This document shows, one piece after another, positions 13,503-26,855 of a stretch of DNA of 64,000 nucleotides. The position numbers and the translations under genes are program-made. Source of the DNA: Octopus vulgaris (Eukaryota); NCBI GenBank assembly GCA_951406725.2, contig OX597815.1:161944001-162008000 (forward strand), in the 5' to 3' direction. The notes under the pieces are model-generated. The model worked only from the letters and a program-made list of their open reading frames with translations, did not search any database and had not been told where the DNA came from. The first letter of the stretch is position 1; the number at the start of each line of letters is the position of its first letter.

Positions 13503-14277
13503 AATAATTCAGGAGAAGAAATTTGCAAAGATATTATTGACTCTATTATTATCTAGTGTAACAATTAAAAATGATAACAGAATCAATAATATAGGCAATT
13601 GCAGGCCCCAAAAGCACTAAATAGCTGAAGGATTAAAATTAATCAAAGGACATACTAAGTATGTCTACCTGCTGGAAATAAGTCAAAACTCTTATTTAAA
13701 TTACCGAAAAACTGGTGATAATTACAGAAATCAGCCATCTGCAGACAAATGGGCTAGGGCAATCTCTCATCATGCATTCAATTATTTGGATTCATGTGGA
13801 CCGGTTTCTGGACTGGCATTATAACCTCACCTTCCTCAGCATGCGTTACCATAAAGGAAAACCACACCCATCACATTGAACTCTGTGCTGCACCTGATTC
13901 GTTTTGCACTGAAATCATAGCAGCCACCAGTGTGAAAATAATTTCAATGCAGAGGAAATAATTCAGGAGAAAATATTTGCAAAGATATTATTGACTCTAT
14001 TATTATCTTGTGAAACAATTAAAAATGATTAATTACAGAATCAATAATATAGGTAACTGCAGGTCCAAAAAGCATTAAATAGCTGAAGGATTAAAATTAA
14101 TCAAAGGACATGCTAAGTAGGTCTACCCACTGGAAATAACAGTCAAAGATATTATTTAAATTGCTGAAAAATCTGGTAATAACTACAGAAATCAACTGTC
14201 TGTGGGCAAACGGGCTAGGACATTTGGAAAATCTTTCATCATACATTCAAATATTTGGACTCACATGGACGGTTTCC
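13503..14277. repeat. diverged direct duplication (~450-bp period)
   Basis: aataattcaggaga...tttgcaaagatattattgactctattattatc begins at ~13503 and again at ~13958, with similarity running ~300 bp. Confidence 0.8.
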
Positions 14278-14866
14278 ATACAGCAATGTATTTAGCTGAA
14301 GTTAAATATATGTCCAGTCATAGAGTGACCAATGGTATCATATTCAGAAAGTGAGAAGCTTTATAGATGATTCAACAGATGTCAATGCCCGTGACCATTG
14401 ATGTCTGATCAGTTTTCTATAAAGTTTGGCAAAAGAGGCTGATAGAATAAGTACTAGGCTTAATATATAAGTCCTGGGATCGATTTGTTCAACTAAAAGC
14501 CATTTAATGCAGTACCCTGGCATGGCTGCAGTCAAATTACTGAAACAACTGAATGGTATTGGCTGTGTACTTACCAACCACATGGTTCCAGGTTTAGTCC
14601 CACTGCATAGCACCTTTGGCAAGTGTCTTCTACTAAAACCTTGTCAGTGGATTTGGTAGATGGAAACTGAAAGAAGCCCATCACATATATATGTGTGTGT
14701 GTGTGCGTGTGCATGTATTTTTTCAGTGTATACAAATAACACGGAAAAAATAAATAAATAGTTACCAGGGTAGCAAAAATTCACATAAGTACCATGGATG
14801 TAACAGCCTACTTATAAAGGTAGGAATTCCAGGGTTTTGCGAAATCTTTTTACATAACATAGGTAA

Positions 14867-15399
14867 ATAAAGAAATGGAGTTAACCACAGGTGTTATTCA
14901 AATCTTTATACTTCCAACATATGTTTCGAAGAAAACGTTGGTATTATTCCAGAGGGTATAAAATGATGTAAAATAATGTGATCTCATTAGGGAAAAAAAA
15001 GAGAAACAAAACACATCAATACGCCATTTTAACTGAATGTGATTACTGCATATATAATGAAGGCAATGCTAGTAAGTTATTTAAAAAAAAGAAAAAACCT
15101 TAATAAGTTTAATGTCAAAGGTAAACCTTTCTATAGATTGCTTTTGATATTAAATCTCTATTAACGTTTTTTTTTAAAAATAACTTACTAGCATTCCCTT
15201 GATTATACATGCAGTAATCACATTCAGTTAAAATGACTAATTGATGTGTTTTGTTTTGTTTTTTTTTTTTCCCTGATGAGGAGATCGTATTGTTTTATAT
15301 CCTTTTATTCCCTCTGGAATAATACCAATGTTTTCTTCCAAATATATGTCGGAAGTATAAAGATTTGAATAACACCTGCGTTTAACTCCATTTCTTTAT
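14867..15399. repeat. ~530-bp imperfect palindrome (Penelope pseudo-LTR-like fold-back)
   Basis: The arms are reverse complements (ataaagaaatggagttaa... / ...aactccatttctttat), centred near 15133. Confidence 0.85.
15269..15354 (+). ncRNA. type I hammerhead ribozyme motif, degenerate (mirror copy 14912-14994 on minus)
   Basis: ttcc-CTGATGA-long stem II-(C)AAA-tatat-GTC-ggaa. The mirror copy keeps GAAAcatatgt but has CTAATGA. Confidence 0.6.
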
Positions 15400-15402
15400 A
15401 TG

Positions 15403-15474
<72 letters not shown>

Positions 15475-15751
15475 CGTATATACATATATATATGTGTGTG
15501 TGTGTGCATGTGTGTATATGTTTTTATGTCTGTGCTTGTCAACCCCACCATTGCTTGACACCCAATGTTGGCATGATTATGTCCCCATAACTTGGTAGTT
15601 CAGCAAAAGTGACTGATAAAATAAGTACTAGGCTTACAAAGAATAAGTCCTGGGGTCAATTTGTTCAACTAAAGGTGGTGTTCCAGCATGGCCACAGTCA
15701 AATGACTGAAACAAATAAAAGAGTAAAAGAGTAAAAGACAATATATAAATA

Positions 15752-16289
15752 TCAATTATATAAAATCTGTTCTGTCTGTCTGTGTGTGTGTCTTCTAGGA
15801 TCTCAGGCATCCTCCATCCAATTATGCTCTAATTTTATATGTAGATACCAACAGTATCAGGGTGTGTATAAATCTTGAAAAAATTACAAAAATCGAACCA
15901 GGTGAGAATGCAATCGATAAAGCCGTGGGAACGTGCATTTGTACATGCATGTACATCAGCTATTGCGATCAATACTATATGTACATGAGAAAAATGCACA
16001 TGCAGTTTGTGCAAAAAAAGCCGGCTGGCTTGAAATAATGCCACAAAATGCAGTATATGTAAGAGACCAAAAAAGTAAGATACAAAAGCAATATTTTCTT
16101 CAAATTTGGCAGGAAGGAAGGAAAGACTATTTGGTTTCTCGACTATTTGATTTTGATTTAACAAAATCAAAAATTTTATTGAAATAAAGGCATGGTTAAT
16201 AATTTTTTAATGAAAAGAAAACACTGATTGCTTTTTATTCAGCAGAGATAATTCAGCACCATCCACTGGATGGGGGTGCGTTTTGTTCG
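15752..16289 (+). mobile_element. putative non-autonomous Helitron
   Basis: A|TC head with ATATAAAA and (TG)-rich sequence like the other Helitrons. 3' hairpin ccatccactggatgg, then ttcg|t. A related 3' end lies at ~63810-63845. Confidence 0.5.
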
Positions 16290-16290
16290 T

Positions 16291-16385
<95 letters not shown>

Positions 16386-16724
16386 GTATGTATGTATGTA
16401 TGTATGTATGTATGTATGTATGTATGTATGTATGTATGATGGACTCTCCTGTCAAAGACAACATCTGAACGTTCAGCTTCTTAGCAATCGATCTGCACAA
16501 AAAATTTGTTGATAGTGATCAAATCTATGTGCCACACATTAGCTCACTCTCTCCATCAAATTGACATGGTCTGAACAGATCCACATTGTACCACACATCA
16601 GGTGTCAAAGTGATTGCAGAGATGAAGTGTTTTGCTCAAGAACACAACATTCTGCACAATCTAGGAATTGAAACCACTATCTTGCAATCATGAGTGCAAC
16701 ATACTAACCACTTGGCCATGTGTC

Positions 16725-16756
<32 letters not shown>

Positions 16757-16786
16757 CTGTGTGTGTGTGTATACATGTATATATAT

Positions 16787-17119
16787 AGCCTCATCTGGCT
16801 CCTGTGTCGGTGGCACATAAAAACACCATCCGAGCGTGGCCGTCTGCCAGCCTCGTCTGGCACCTGTGTCGGTGGCACATAAAAAACACCATCCGAGCGT
16901 GGCCGTTTGCCAGCCTCGTCTGGCACCTGTGTCGGTGGCACATAAAATCACCCAATACACTCTCGGAGTGGTTGGCGTTAGGAAGGGCATCCAGCTGTAG
17001 AAACACTGCCAGATCTGACTGGACTGGTGCAGCTTTCGGGCTCCCCAGACCCCAGTTGAACCGTCCAACCCATGCTAGCATGGAAGGCGGACGTTAAATG
17101 ATGATGATGATGATGATGA

Positions 17120-17123
<4 letters not shown>
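16787..17123 (+). mobile_element. RTE 3'UTR-derived element with ~62-bp units
   Basis: Near-identical to 11138-11515. Confidence 0.75.
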
Positions 17124-17182
<59 letters not shown>

Positions 17183-17277
17183 CATGTATATATATATATA
17201 TACATGTGATCTCTTGAGCACCACCAGCAAAAATATTTTTTTCCTGTCTTCCCTTCTCGGGATCTTTCCTTCTCCTT

Positions 17278-17312
17278 GTTTCCGATGAAGAGCTCCGCTC
17301 GAAACGTTAAAC
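17278..17312 (+). ncRNA. minimal hammerhead ribozyme motif (variant core) in a Penelope-like LTR fragment (~17205-17412)
   Basis: gttt-CCGATGA-a-gagc tcc gctc-GAAA-cGTT-aaac. Stem I is gttt/aaac, stem II gagc/gctc, and stem III the palindrome AACGTT. Confidence 0.6.
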
Positions 17313-17407
17313 CCTCCTTCCCTTCTTTCCTGAGCATCAAATAATACTTTAATTGTTCCACGTCCTCGCGTTGCTGTGTTTTTTTCTGTGTTTTCTTGTT
17401 TGGATTA

Positions 17408-17464
<57 letters not shown>

Positions 17465-17854
17465 GCACACACACAGACATACACATGTATATATGCATTT
17501 TCTTTTTATCAGACTGCTGGTTCTTAAAGAAAGAATATTTGTTTGGTGACACAAATGGAACATGATAATGTCTATGATTATACAAGCTTTGCAAAAAAAA
17601 TTTTTTTTTAAATTAAAAGAAAAAAAAAATAATAACATTTTCAGCTGACTAGACATGAGCAAATAATGACTGCTTTAACCAACAAACAAAATTCAATATT
17701 TGAAACCAAACAGTTAGGGACAATGTGACACTTAGCACTTCAAAATACTTGAATACAAGTAGGCCTTGCTAAACCATGTACCTTATTTAAACACACAAAT
17801 GCACATACATACACACAGGCACACACAGACACACACACACACACACACACATTC

Positions 17855-18065
17855 TTTCTTTCTACTCTAGGCAAAAGGCTTGAATTTTTGGGGAGGGGGC
17901 CAGTCGATTAGATCGACCCCAGTATGCAACTGGTACTTAATTCATCGACCCCGAAAGGATGAAAGGCAAAGTCAACCTCAGTGGAATTTGAACTCAGAAC
18001 GTAAAAACAGACGAAATGCCACTAAGCATTTCACATGGTGTGCTAATGTTTCTGCCAGCTCACTG
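17855..18065 (-). mobile_element. SINE family B (tRNA head, central cctttcatcctttcggggtcgat domain)
   Basis: Reverse complement of the family B sequence at 47937-48163. Confidence 0.75.
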
Positions 18066-19159
18066 CCACACACACACACACACACACACACGTATATTAA
18101 AGTAAAAAAAGTTAATGTTTGGTCATAGAGTGATTAATGGCTTTGCATCTGCCACTCACTCCCCTCTCCGCCCTCTTTCCTTATATAAATGAATGTCACT
18201 TATATAAGTGACATTCACATAATATAAGTGAATGTCACTTATATTATGACATTCAAACCATAAAGGTATGTATGCCCTGGCACTTGCCACCATCTATATA
18301 TCTCTCTTCCATTACTCAACCATCCCATTTATATTCTGATTCTCATCCCTTGAGAGTAGGCCCAGCACTTTGCCACCATCTCTGTTCTGCTGTCTCCCAC
18401 TCTCTCACTCCTTCTCCCACACTTCCCTCAGATTCGATAACCATGTATTTCCTTTGCAGCAGTACACCTGTCTCTGTCTTCATTCCTGATCTCTCTCTCT
18501 CTCTCTCTCTGGCCTGGTAAACTTGTACCTCTTCTACAGCAAGATACCTGTTTCTGTCTCTCTGTCTCACTGTAACCTCTCATCATCCACCTTCTCCAAT
18601 GCCTCCTCCCCTCTCAAAATAGACTTTTTTTTGTCTTGCATGTACTTGGTAACCCTGTCAGTGCAGGTGCCACTTAAAAGCACCTAGCCCACAATGTAAA
18701 GTGGTTAGCATTTGGAAGAGTACCTAGGTGTAAAAGCCTTGCCAAAACTGATCTCATCTGTGCTTGTGCCACGTAAAAAGCACTAAGTCCACTCTGCTGA
18801 GTGGTTGGTGTTAGGAAGAGCTCCCAGCTGTAAAAATCGTGCCAAAATCAGTTACAGAAGTCTGGTGCAAGCTTCTGTCTAGCCAGATCTTGTCAAGCCA
18901 TTCCATCCATGCCAGCATGGAAGGTGAACATTAAATGATGGATGATGATGATGATGATAATGATGATGAAAGCTATAACTTCGTGGACAACTCATCAGAC
19001 TCTAGTCCGAGGACAAAATTAACTCTTCACCTACTTGTAGGTGGAAAGTTTTTACAGCCAAAGGTCAAAGGGTCATCAGAGAATAAAAGGTCTGGCAAGT
19101 GAGGATGAGTTATGTTTTCTAGACCAGCTAAATGGAGAATTAAGGTACCTATCCTTTCT

Positions 19160-19392
19160 TATTTCTTTATTGCCCACAAGGGGCTAAACATAGAGGGGAC
19201 AAACAAGGACAGACAATGGGATTAAGTCGATTACATCGACCCCAGTGTGTAACTGGTACTTAATTTATCGATCCTCAAAAGGATGAAAGGCAAAGTTGAC
19301 CTCGGTGGAATTTGAACTCAGAACACAAAGACAGATGAAATACTGCTGAGCATTTCACCCGGCATGCTAACGATTCTGCCAGCTCGCTGCCT
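19160..19392 (-). mobile_element. SINE family B, full length with TSD
   Basis: 14-bp TSD tacctatcctttct at 19146-19159 and 19393-19406. B-box-like GTTCAAATTCC. Confidence 0.85.
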
Positions 19393-19804
19393 TACCTATC
19401 CTTTCTAATGGATCATAAGGACTTTTCCAAGTTCAGTCAGTGAATGGGGAATCCCATGTTTGCTGCAGGTAGCATTTGAAATGGATGCATGGTATGAATA
19501 TTTCTTATTAAGTATTCAGTGACCCAAGTTTTAAAGAGTCTTTAAGTATCCTAGCTATGCAAAGTTTGCGACACCTGTTCCCATTCATGTAGGAGCCCAG
19601 CCATTCTAAGATCTTCCACTATATACGAGAATAATATAATATTCCTATATAATTCTTATGCAAAGAGGAGTTCCACATGTGTATCCAGCCCTAGAATGTA
19701 CCCTACTGAAGAATAAGAGGTGGTAGCCAAACAACTACATAACAGCTCTTTAATGCATGTTACAAGGTTTTTACTCGAATTATACTATATATATATATAT
19801 ACAA

Positions 19805-20280
19805 TATGCTTGAGAAGATCTGTTGAGTCAAGTAACACCAAAATTGTAGCTGTGGCCAGTGCCCTGTGACTGGCTCCCGTGCTGGTGGGACACAAAATGG
19901 ACCATCTGAACGTAGTCAATGCCAGTCCCTCCTGACTGGCTCCCATGCCAGTGGCATATAAAAAGCACCATCTGAACGTGATCAGTGCCAGTGCCTCCTG
20001 ACTGGCTCCTGTGCTGGTGGTATGTAAAAAGCACTATCTGAACATGATTGATGCCAGGGCCACCTGACTGGCTTCTGCGCCAGTGGAACATAAAAAGCAC
20101 CAATTACACTCTCGGAGTGGTTGGCGTTAAAAAAGGGCATCCAGCTGTAGAAACCTTGCCAGATCAGATTGGAGTCTGGTGCAGAAGCTAGCTTTCCAGA
20201 CTACTGTCAAAACATCCAACCCATGCCAGCATGGAAAACAGATGTTAAACGATGATGATGATGATGATGATGATGATGAT
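19805..20280 (+). mobile_element. RTE 3'UTR with ~63-bp tandem units
   Basis: About 4 diverged units (gccagt..ctcctgactggctcc..tgc..gtgg), then the 3'UTR and a (GAT)n tail. Confidence 0.7.
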
Positions 20281-20698
20281 ATACAGAATATGGGGGTTTA
20301 GTTCATTGGTAATCTAAATGCATACAGCTGGGTAAGTGCTGTAACGAATTATCAGGGTTCCAGCTGGGTAAGTGCTGTAACGAATTATCAGGGTTCCAAG
20401 CTCGTAACTGAGAGGGGAGCTATGGATCTATCTTATGTTTCCAATTTAGTGGATACATATTTGTGAAAGAAGACAACAAATGCTGAGGCATAACAAGCAT
20501 CTCAAGTCATTATTTTATATTATTCTTAAATTAGTTGAGGTTTTACAGCCATTTGTGGGATATCTCAAGTGATAGGTGAGTATGCCTGAATATGGGGTAT
20601 TCCGTCATCAGAGACAAGTAGAGAATATGAAAGATCTAAACATGGAAAATTCACAGATAATAAGCAATGAAATAGAAGAATAGAAAGTAAGTAGATAA

Positions 20699-21117
20699 AG
20701 TGGCTGTGTGGTAAGTAGCTTGCTTACGAACCAAATGGTTCTAGGTTCAGACCCACAGTGTGGCAGCTTGGGAAAGTGTCTTTTACTATAGCCTAGGGCT
20801 GACCAAAGCCTTGTGAGTGGATTTGGTAGATGGAAACTGAAAGAAGCCTGTCGTATATATGTATATATATATGTATGTGTGTGTATATGTTTGTGTGTCA
20901 GTGTTTGTTACACCCCCACCCCCAACAACACTTGACAACTGATGCTGGTGTGTTTATGTCCCCGTAACTTAGCGGTTCAGCAAAAGAGACTGATTGAATA
21001 AGTACTAGGCTTACAAAGAATAAATCCTGGGATCGATTTGCTCGACTAAAGGCGGTGCTCCAGCATGGCCACAGTTACATGACTGAAACAAGTAAAAGAG
21101 TAAAAGAGTAAAAAGAG
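20699..21117 (+). mobile_element. SINE family A, full length
   Basis: A-box-like tggctgtgtggt and B-box-like ggttcag.ccc, an internal (TA)/(TG) tract and an (aaagagt)n tail. Confidence 0.85.
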
Positions 21118-21366
21118 TTCATTTTTCAAAGGGTATATATGTTAGTCTGTATGTCTTTTGGTAAAATTCAAGGTAAATCCAGGCAGTATTTCAGCAAAGT
21201 ATGAGTAGGGTATTCACTGAATAAACATCCAGGCAATGTTTTGGCAGAAATAGGAACTGTGTGTTAATATTGAGATGGCTGGTTTGTAAGAGAATGGCCA
21301 TAAAAGTGACTCTTGAGCAAAGTGGAGGTAGATGAGCAAAGTGGAGGGAGAAAGAGAAAGAAAGGG

Positions 21367-21408
<42 letters not shown>

Positions 21409-21879
21409 GGGAAGAGAGGTTAATGAGGGGAGAGAGAGAAATGGAGGAGAAATGGGATAGCTTGTGAGAATAGAGAGAGGAGGAGGATAAGTGACAGGGT
21501 ATTAACAAGGATTGGTCAGAAGGATTGGCTAGAAGAGTAAAAATAAAGAAAGAAATATAAAAATATAGAGTTAAATTTTTTAAAATATAATAAAAAGTAG
21601 AAAAAGTAGAAATAAAATAAAAATAAGAATAAATTGTAAAAATAAGAGTAGAGATAAAAAGAGAGGAGGAAGATAATGGAGGATAAAAAATAAATAATAA
21701 AAAGGATCAAGGAGAACAGGAAAAGGAAAGATGCCAGTACTGTTCCTCAAATTTAGGGTTGGGGCAAAAGGACAAGCAGTAAATATTTGTGTCTGTTGAA
21801 TAGATGAAGTTCCAGTTGGTTATGGTCAGTAGCTATAGATATATTCCTACCTACAGGATGAGGGGGTTATGAATATATT

Positions 21880-22078
21880 TATTTCTTTATTGCCCACAAG
21901 GGGCTCAACATAGAGGGGACAAACAAGGACAGACAAAGGGATTAAGTTGATTACATTGATTCCAGTGCGCAACTGGTACCTGAAAGGATGAAAGGCAAAG
22001 TCGACCCCTGCGGAATTTGAACTCAGAACCGCTGAGTATTTTGTCCAGCGTGCTAATGATTCTGCCAGCTCGCCACCT
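21880..22078 (-). mobile_element. SINE family B
   Basis: Homologous to 19160-19392. Confidence 0.75.
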
Positions 22079-22654
22079 TCGGAGTATGAATATATTAAAG
22101 GATGAATGGAGAAACCAGTTAAATATTTAATTAGTTAGGAATAAAAGTTACAATTTAAGATTTGAAGATCTAAGAGGATAAGGTTTAAAGTTTAGGAGAT
22201 TAAATTAAAGCCTGCAGGTTAAAGTAGAGAATTAACGGCTATCATCTAAGCTACTAATGTTGATGGAGAAGATAATGAAGGTATAGACATAGGTATGTTA
22301 TAAGGAACATGGAAATATGCAAGTAAGCGTTACGTGTAAGGGATAAATTTACTCTTGGACTTACAGAAAAATTTAAATGTGTGGAAAAATTTGTGGGATC
22401 TTTTCTCTTCCAATGGCAGATCGAGAAATTGATTTTTTGTAATTAAACACTTTGAAACTTCGGACACTGGTAGAATGTGTCATATAAAACATCTTTTATT
22501 CTTAATGTTGTTGAGAAAAGTTCCTATTTTCAAAGTTATTTCGTGTTAAAGTAGCCGTATTTTGGTAATTTCAACCAATAAATGACATGTATTCAACTGA
22601 ATAAAATTACTGGCATTGTTTGTCAACAACTATCCGCGGTATATATTTCATTGA

Positions 22655-22890
22655 AAATGCAGCTCAAAGATCCTTGTTTTAACACTGATGTCAAATTCCA
22701 GAACAGATCACAGAAGGTCCTCAACTCCCAAAACTTCAAGGCCAGATTCCAAAAGTGGCAGGAATGCTGGGAATGGTGTATTACTGCACAAGGTAACTAT
22801 TTCAAAAGAGATGATGTTAAAACTTAAGTAAATAAGTTATTTTTTATTAAATATAGCTTGTCTAGGAACATTTTGGTAGCACCTTGTATA
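22655..22890 (+). mobile_element. mariner/Tc1 remnant (transposase C-terminus and 3' end)
   Basis: FQKWQECWEWCITAQGNYF, then ...caccttg|ta. Confidence 0.65.
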
Positions 22891-23539
22891 TTCTCCCTGG
22901 ACAGGATGCCAGTCTATCACAGGATTATTGATTTTTAGCAGCTGAGTGGAATGGAACAACATTGAATGAAGTATTTTGCTCAAGAACACAATGTATTGCC
23001 TGATCCAAGAATTGAAACCACAATCTTACAATTATGAGCACAAAACTTAATCAATTAATCATGCAGAGAAATAACTCAGAGCAGTTAGAGGCATGTATTT
23101 GAACAACAGAGATGGATAAGAGAATATTAAATAATACACAAGATAGTTTCTTGGTTTCATTGAAATAATCTCTGATTCAGTAGCTGTTGGCACCAACTTC
23201 TTATGAGAAAGTGAAATAATTTCAAGAATCAAAAATTCTCCTAAACTGATGACCCATTCAGGAAAAGACAATCTGATTGTCTGAAGACAACAGGATAGCT
23301 GTATTAAGTATGTTTCTGCCTATGTCCTGCTTTATCTTAGATATATATAAAAAAAGAAAGATTTTGAAAACATTTATGATCTAGGTAATATGCATAAATG
23401 ATATTAAAATGAGCTGAGGGAAAAACTCTAGGTGGCCAGTAGCATGTATTTATACTACAAAGATGTGTGTGTGTGTGTATGTGTGTGTGTACATGTTTGA
23501 GTGTATGCATGTGTGTATGTATACACGAACACACACATA

Positions 23540-23592
<53 letters not shown>

Positions 23593-23659
23593 GCAAATTT
23601 TTTGCATAATAAGATAAAAAAAACCAAGGCTGTATAGATATTAGAGCATTTATAGATAG

Positions 23660-23711
23660 GTCTTACAGCTGTTTCCAGGATATTTATTAATTATATCCCT
23701 TCATTGGAGAC
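23660..23711 (-). ncRNA. degenerate hammerhead ribozyme motif
   Basis: Minus strand: gtct-CCAATGA-agggatat...atatcctg-GAAA-cagct-GTA-agac. Stems I, II and palindromic III are intact but the core is mutated. Confidence 0.5.
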
Positions 23712-23849
23712 AGTGTGAGAGGATAGTTAAATCATAGTTAGTTTAGATGTGATACAAAATAGAGAGTGAGGTGGAGGAAAGAAAATAGATGCAAGATATG
23801 TAAGATATGTAAGATGCAAAGTGGATATATATATATATATATATATATG

Positions 23850-24435
23850 TAATGCACAAGAGAGAAAACTGTGCTGGTAGGGTCATGTAATGCATATGGA
23901 TGGGGACAGCTGCATAAAGAAGTGCTGATCTCTCATAGTGGAAGAAACCTGTGTAAGGGGCAAGCCCAAGAAGATATGGGACAAAGTAGTGAGAAAAGAT
24001 CTTCAAACATTGAGCCTCACAGAGGAGATGACAGAGATTCACACCAGTTTGTTGTGCTTGAGAAAACATGTCAAGCTAAGTAAAACTGCGGCCATCCATA
24101 CATACAGGTATGTCCTCTACATCCCTCTCTGAGGTGAGAGGTTCTTCTCTTGAGGCCTTGTAGATGCTGGTGCCACGTAAAAGCATCCATGTTAGTTCCC
24201 CGTAAAAGCACCTATGTCGGTGTCATATATATAAAAGTGCCCATGCCATTGCTATGTAAAAAACATCCAATACACAGTGTGAAGTGGTTGTCATTAGGAA
24301 GGGCATCCGTCCATAGAAACCATACCAAAATGGACAATTGGAACCTGGGCAGCTATCTAGCTGGTCAGTTCCTGTCAAACCATCTCACCCATGCTAGCAT
24401 GGATTGTGGATGTTAAAGGATGACGATGATGATGA
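23850..24435 (+). mobile_element. RTE LINE 3' end (coding remnant, 3'UTR and (GAT)n)
   Basis: RGKPKKIWDKVVRKDL coding remnant continues into the widespread 3'UTR. Confidence 0.7.
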
Positions 24436-24785
24436 TATTGCATGGCACCTTGGGCAAGTGTTTCCTTCTATCACTTTAGGTCAACTGAAGCTTTGTGAGT
24501 AGATTTGGTAGACAGAAACTAAAAGAAACCCATTGGACATGTGTGTGTGTTGGGGGCATGTGTGTGTGTGTGTGTGTGTGTGTCTTTATGTCTGCATTTG
24601 TCTCTTATCACTGTTTGTCAGCCAGTGTTACTGTGTTTAGGACTCTGAAACTTAGCAGTTCAGCTAAAGAGACTGATAGAATAAGTACCAGCATGGCCAT
24701 AGTCTAATGACTGAAACAAGCAAAAGATAGAAGTTATAATCATCATCATCATCACCATTTATCTGTGTGTGTGTACATGTTTGTA

Positions 24786-24835
<50 letters not shown>

Positions 24836-24889
24836 CAAACACACACACATACTCATATGTAAATAAATACATACATATATGTATACATA

Positions 24890-25290
24890 CTCTACTCTTT
24901 TACTTGTTTCAGTCATTTGACTGCAGCCATGCTGGAGCACCGCCTTCAATCGAGCAACTCGACCCCGGGACTTATTCTTTGTAAGCCCAGTACTTATTCT
25001 ATCGGTCTCTTTTGCCGAACCGCTAAGTGACGGGGACATAAACACACCAGCATCGGTTGTCAAGCGATGTTCGGGGGACAAACACAGACATACAAACACA
25101 CATGCACACATATATATATATACATATATACGACAGGCTTCTTTCAGTTTCCGTCTACCAAATCCACTCACAAGGCTTTGGTCGGCCCGAGGCTATAGCA
25201 GAAGACACTTGCCCAAGGTGCCATGCAGTGGGACTGAACCCGGAACCATGTGGTTGGTAAACAAGCTACTTACCACACAGCCACTCCTAT
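24890..25290 (-). mobile_element. SINE family A, full length
   Basis: Complete reverse-complement copy of family A. Confidence 0.85.
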
Positions 25291-25779
25291 GCCTACTCCT
25301 TCAACATATGTATAGAAAAGGAACAAAAAGTAAGATAAGTCGTTCACAATCAAAATTATTAATCTGATGCTCAGGGAAATGGAAAAACTTTTAATTATGA
25401 TGTTTTGAAAATTGTCATTCTTGGGGATTAAATGTAGAGAGAAAAGAGAGGTGATAAGACAAAAAGGAAATTGAAAAATAAAAATGAAAAAAAATAAGCA
25501 ACCAAAGCAAAGGGGATTATATGAAGCATATCTACTTGGTGACTGCTGACTGACCAGAAGTTGAAGGGGTAGCTAAAAATTGTATGGACACAGACTCAAA
25601 TATGCATATGTATGTCCTTTTATTGTAGTTCTTGCTCTTATTTTTGTGTCTAAAATGAGCAGATGATAGGAAGTAGTTTGAGAGATGGTCAAGCGCTAAT
25701 TCTAGTAGGTCAATCAATGGCATTGAGGTTCCATATTCGGTACATTTAAATATTAATACACTCCTCATTTACAGGAAAG

Positions 25780-26045
25780 AACCACAAGAAAGATTCTTCA
25801 AGCTGAATCAACTGGCAGGAAACAAAGGGATTGACCAAGAACAAGATGGCTGGATTAATCCATAATTTCAGTTGGTCAAGCCTGAGAATCCAACCAAAAA
25901 GTCTAATGACAGTTGCTTGTAATAGGACCCTGTGGAGGTGGCACCTGAGGACTCTGTCCCCACAACCCTACCAAGAATACCAAGAATGAATGGATGGCTG
26001 GATGGATGGATGAATGGATTGATGGATGAATGGATGGATGGATAG
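25780..26045 (+). mobile_element. RTE (Rex3/Expander-like) 3' end
   Basis: ILQAESTGRKQR..PRTRWLD remnant with a (GGAT)n tail. Confidence 0.5.
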
Positions 26046-26383
26046 ATAGATATACCCCTTATTGTTCAACCTCACTTCAACATTGATTAACAAACCTATA
26101 TTATACACATTCCAGCCTTGACTATAATTTTTTTTTTTATTTATAGTATTTGTTTTGTTAAGAGGATAGGATATGGCTTAAGTGAAACTTGAATCTTTCT
26201 AGTTAGCTCTACAAAAGCTTGCAGAGGCTTCCTCCTTGACTTGTGTAAGTATTTAGATGTTTGCATTGGTGCTTAGCAGAATTAGAAATCAATAATGCAC
26301 ACAGGAAAAAAAAATTTTAAAGTAGAAAAACAAAAAGAAAAGAAAGAAAGAAAGAAAGGAAGAAGGAAAGAAGGAAGGAAGGA

Positions 26384-26423
<40 letters not shown>

Positions 26424-26855
26424 AGGAAGGAAGGAAATAAAGAAATAAAGAAACAAACAAACAAACAAACAAAGAAAACCCAGCTAGATAAGTCTAGAGT
26501 ATGATAAATACAAGTGAGTAGACAGGTCAGGAGTGGCAAGGACAAGTACTGACCAACATCCAACAAAGAGATACATATGTGAGAAGAGAGTTAAAGGGAA
26601 GAAAAGAGAAGAGGAGGGGGGAGAGGGAGGAGGTAGGTGTTGTACATATAACCATACTCAAAAGCAGAGGCAGGTGGTCTAATTGAAACAGAAGTGAAAA
26701 AGGAAAAAAAAAACACAAATAAATACATAAACAGAATCTGGGAAAAATTCTGTATGCTCTAGCAGAGGAAAAAAAAAACCAATAACAGTTGTAAATAAGA
26801 TAACATCTCTCCATAACTGGACATAAATTACTTCTACTCAAACAGATTTTATGTG

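Noticed and set aside
20325-20396. Exact 36-bp tandem duplication (a similar 20-bp x3 repeat lies at 8539-8598)
   Set aside because: An ordinary slippage-type duplication with no further structure.
20699-20770. tRNA-like A/B boxes
   Set aside because: These are SINE heads and do not form a full cloverleaf, so I did not call them tRNA genes.
19410-22370. Possible ancient minus-strand LINE between the SINEs
   Set aside because: I could read no unambiguous RT or endonuclease motif.
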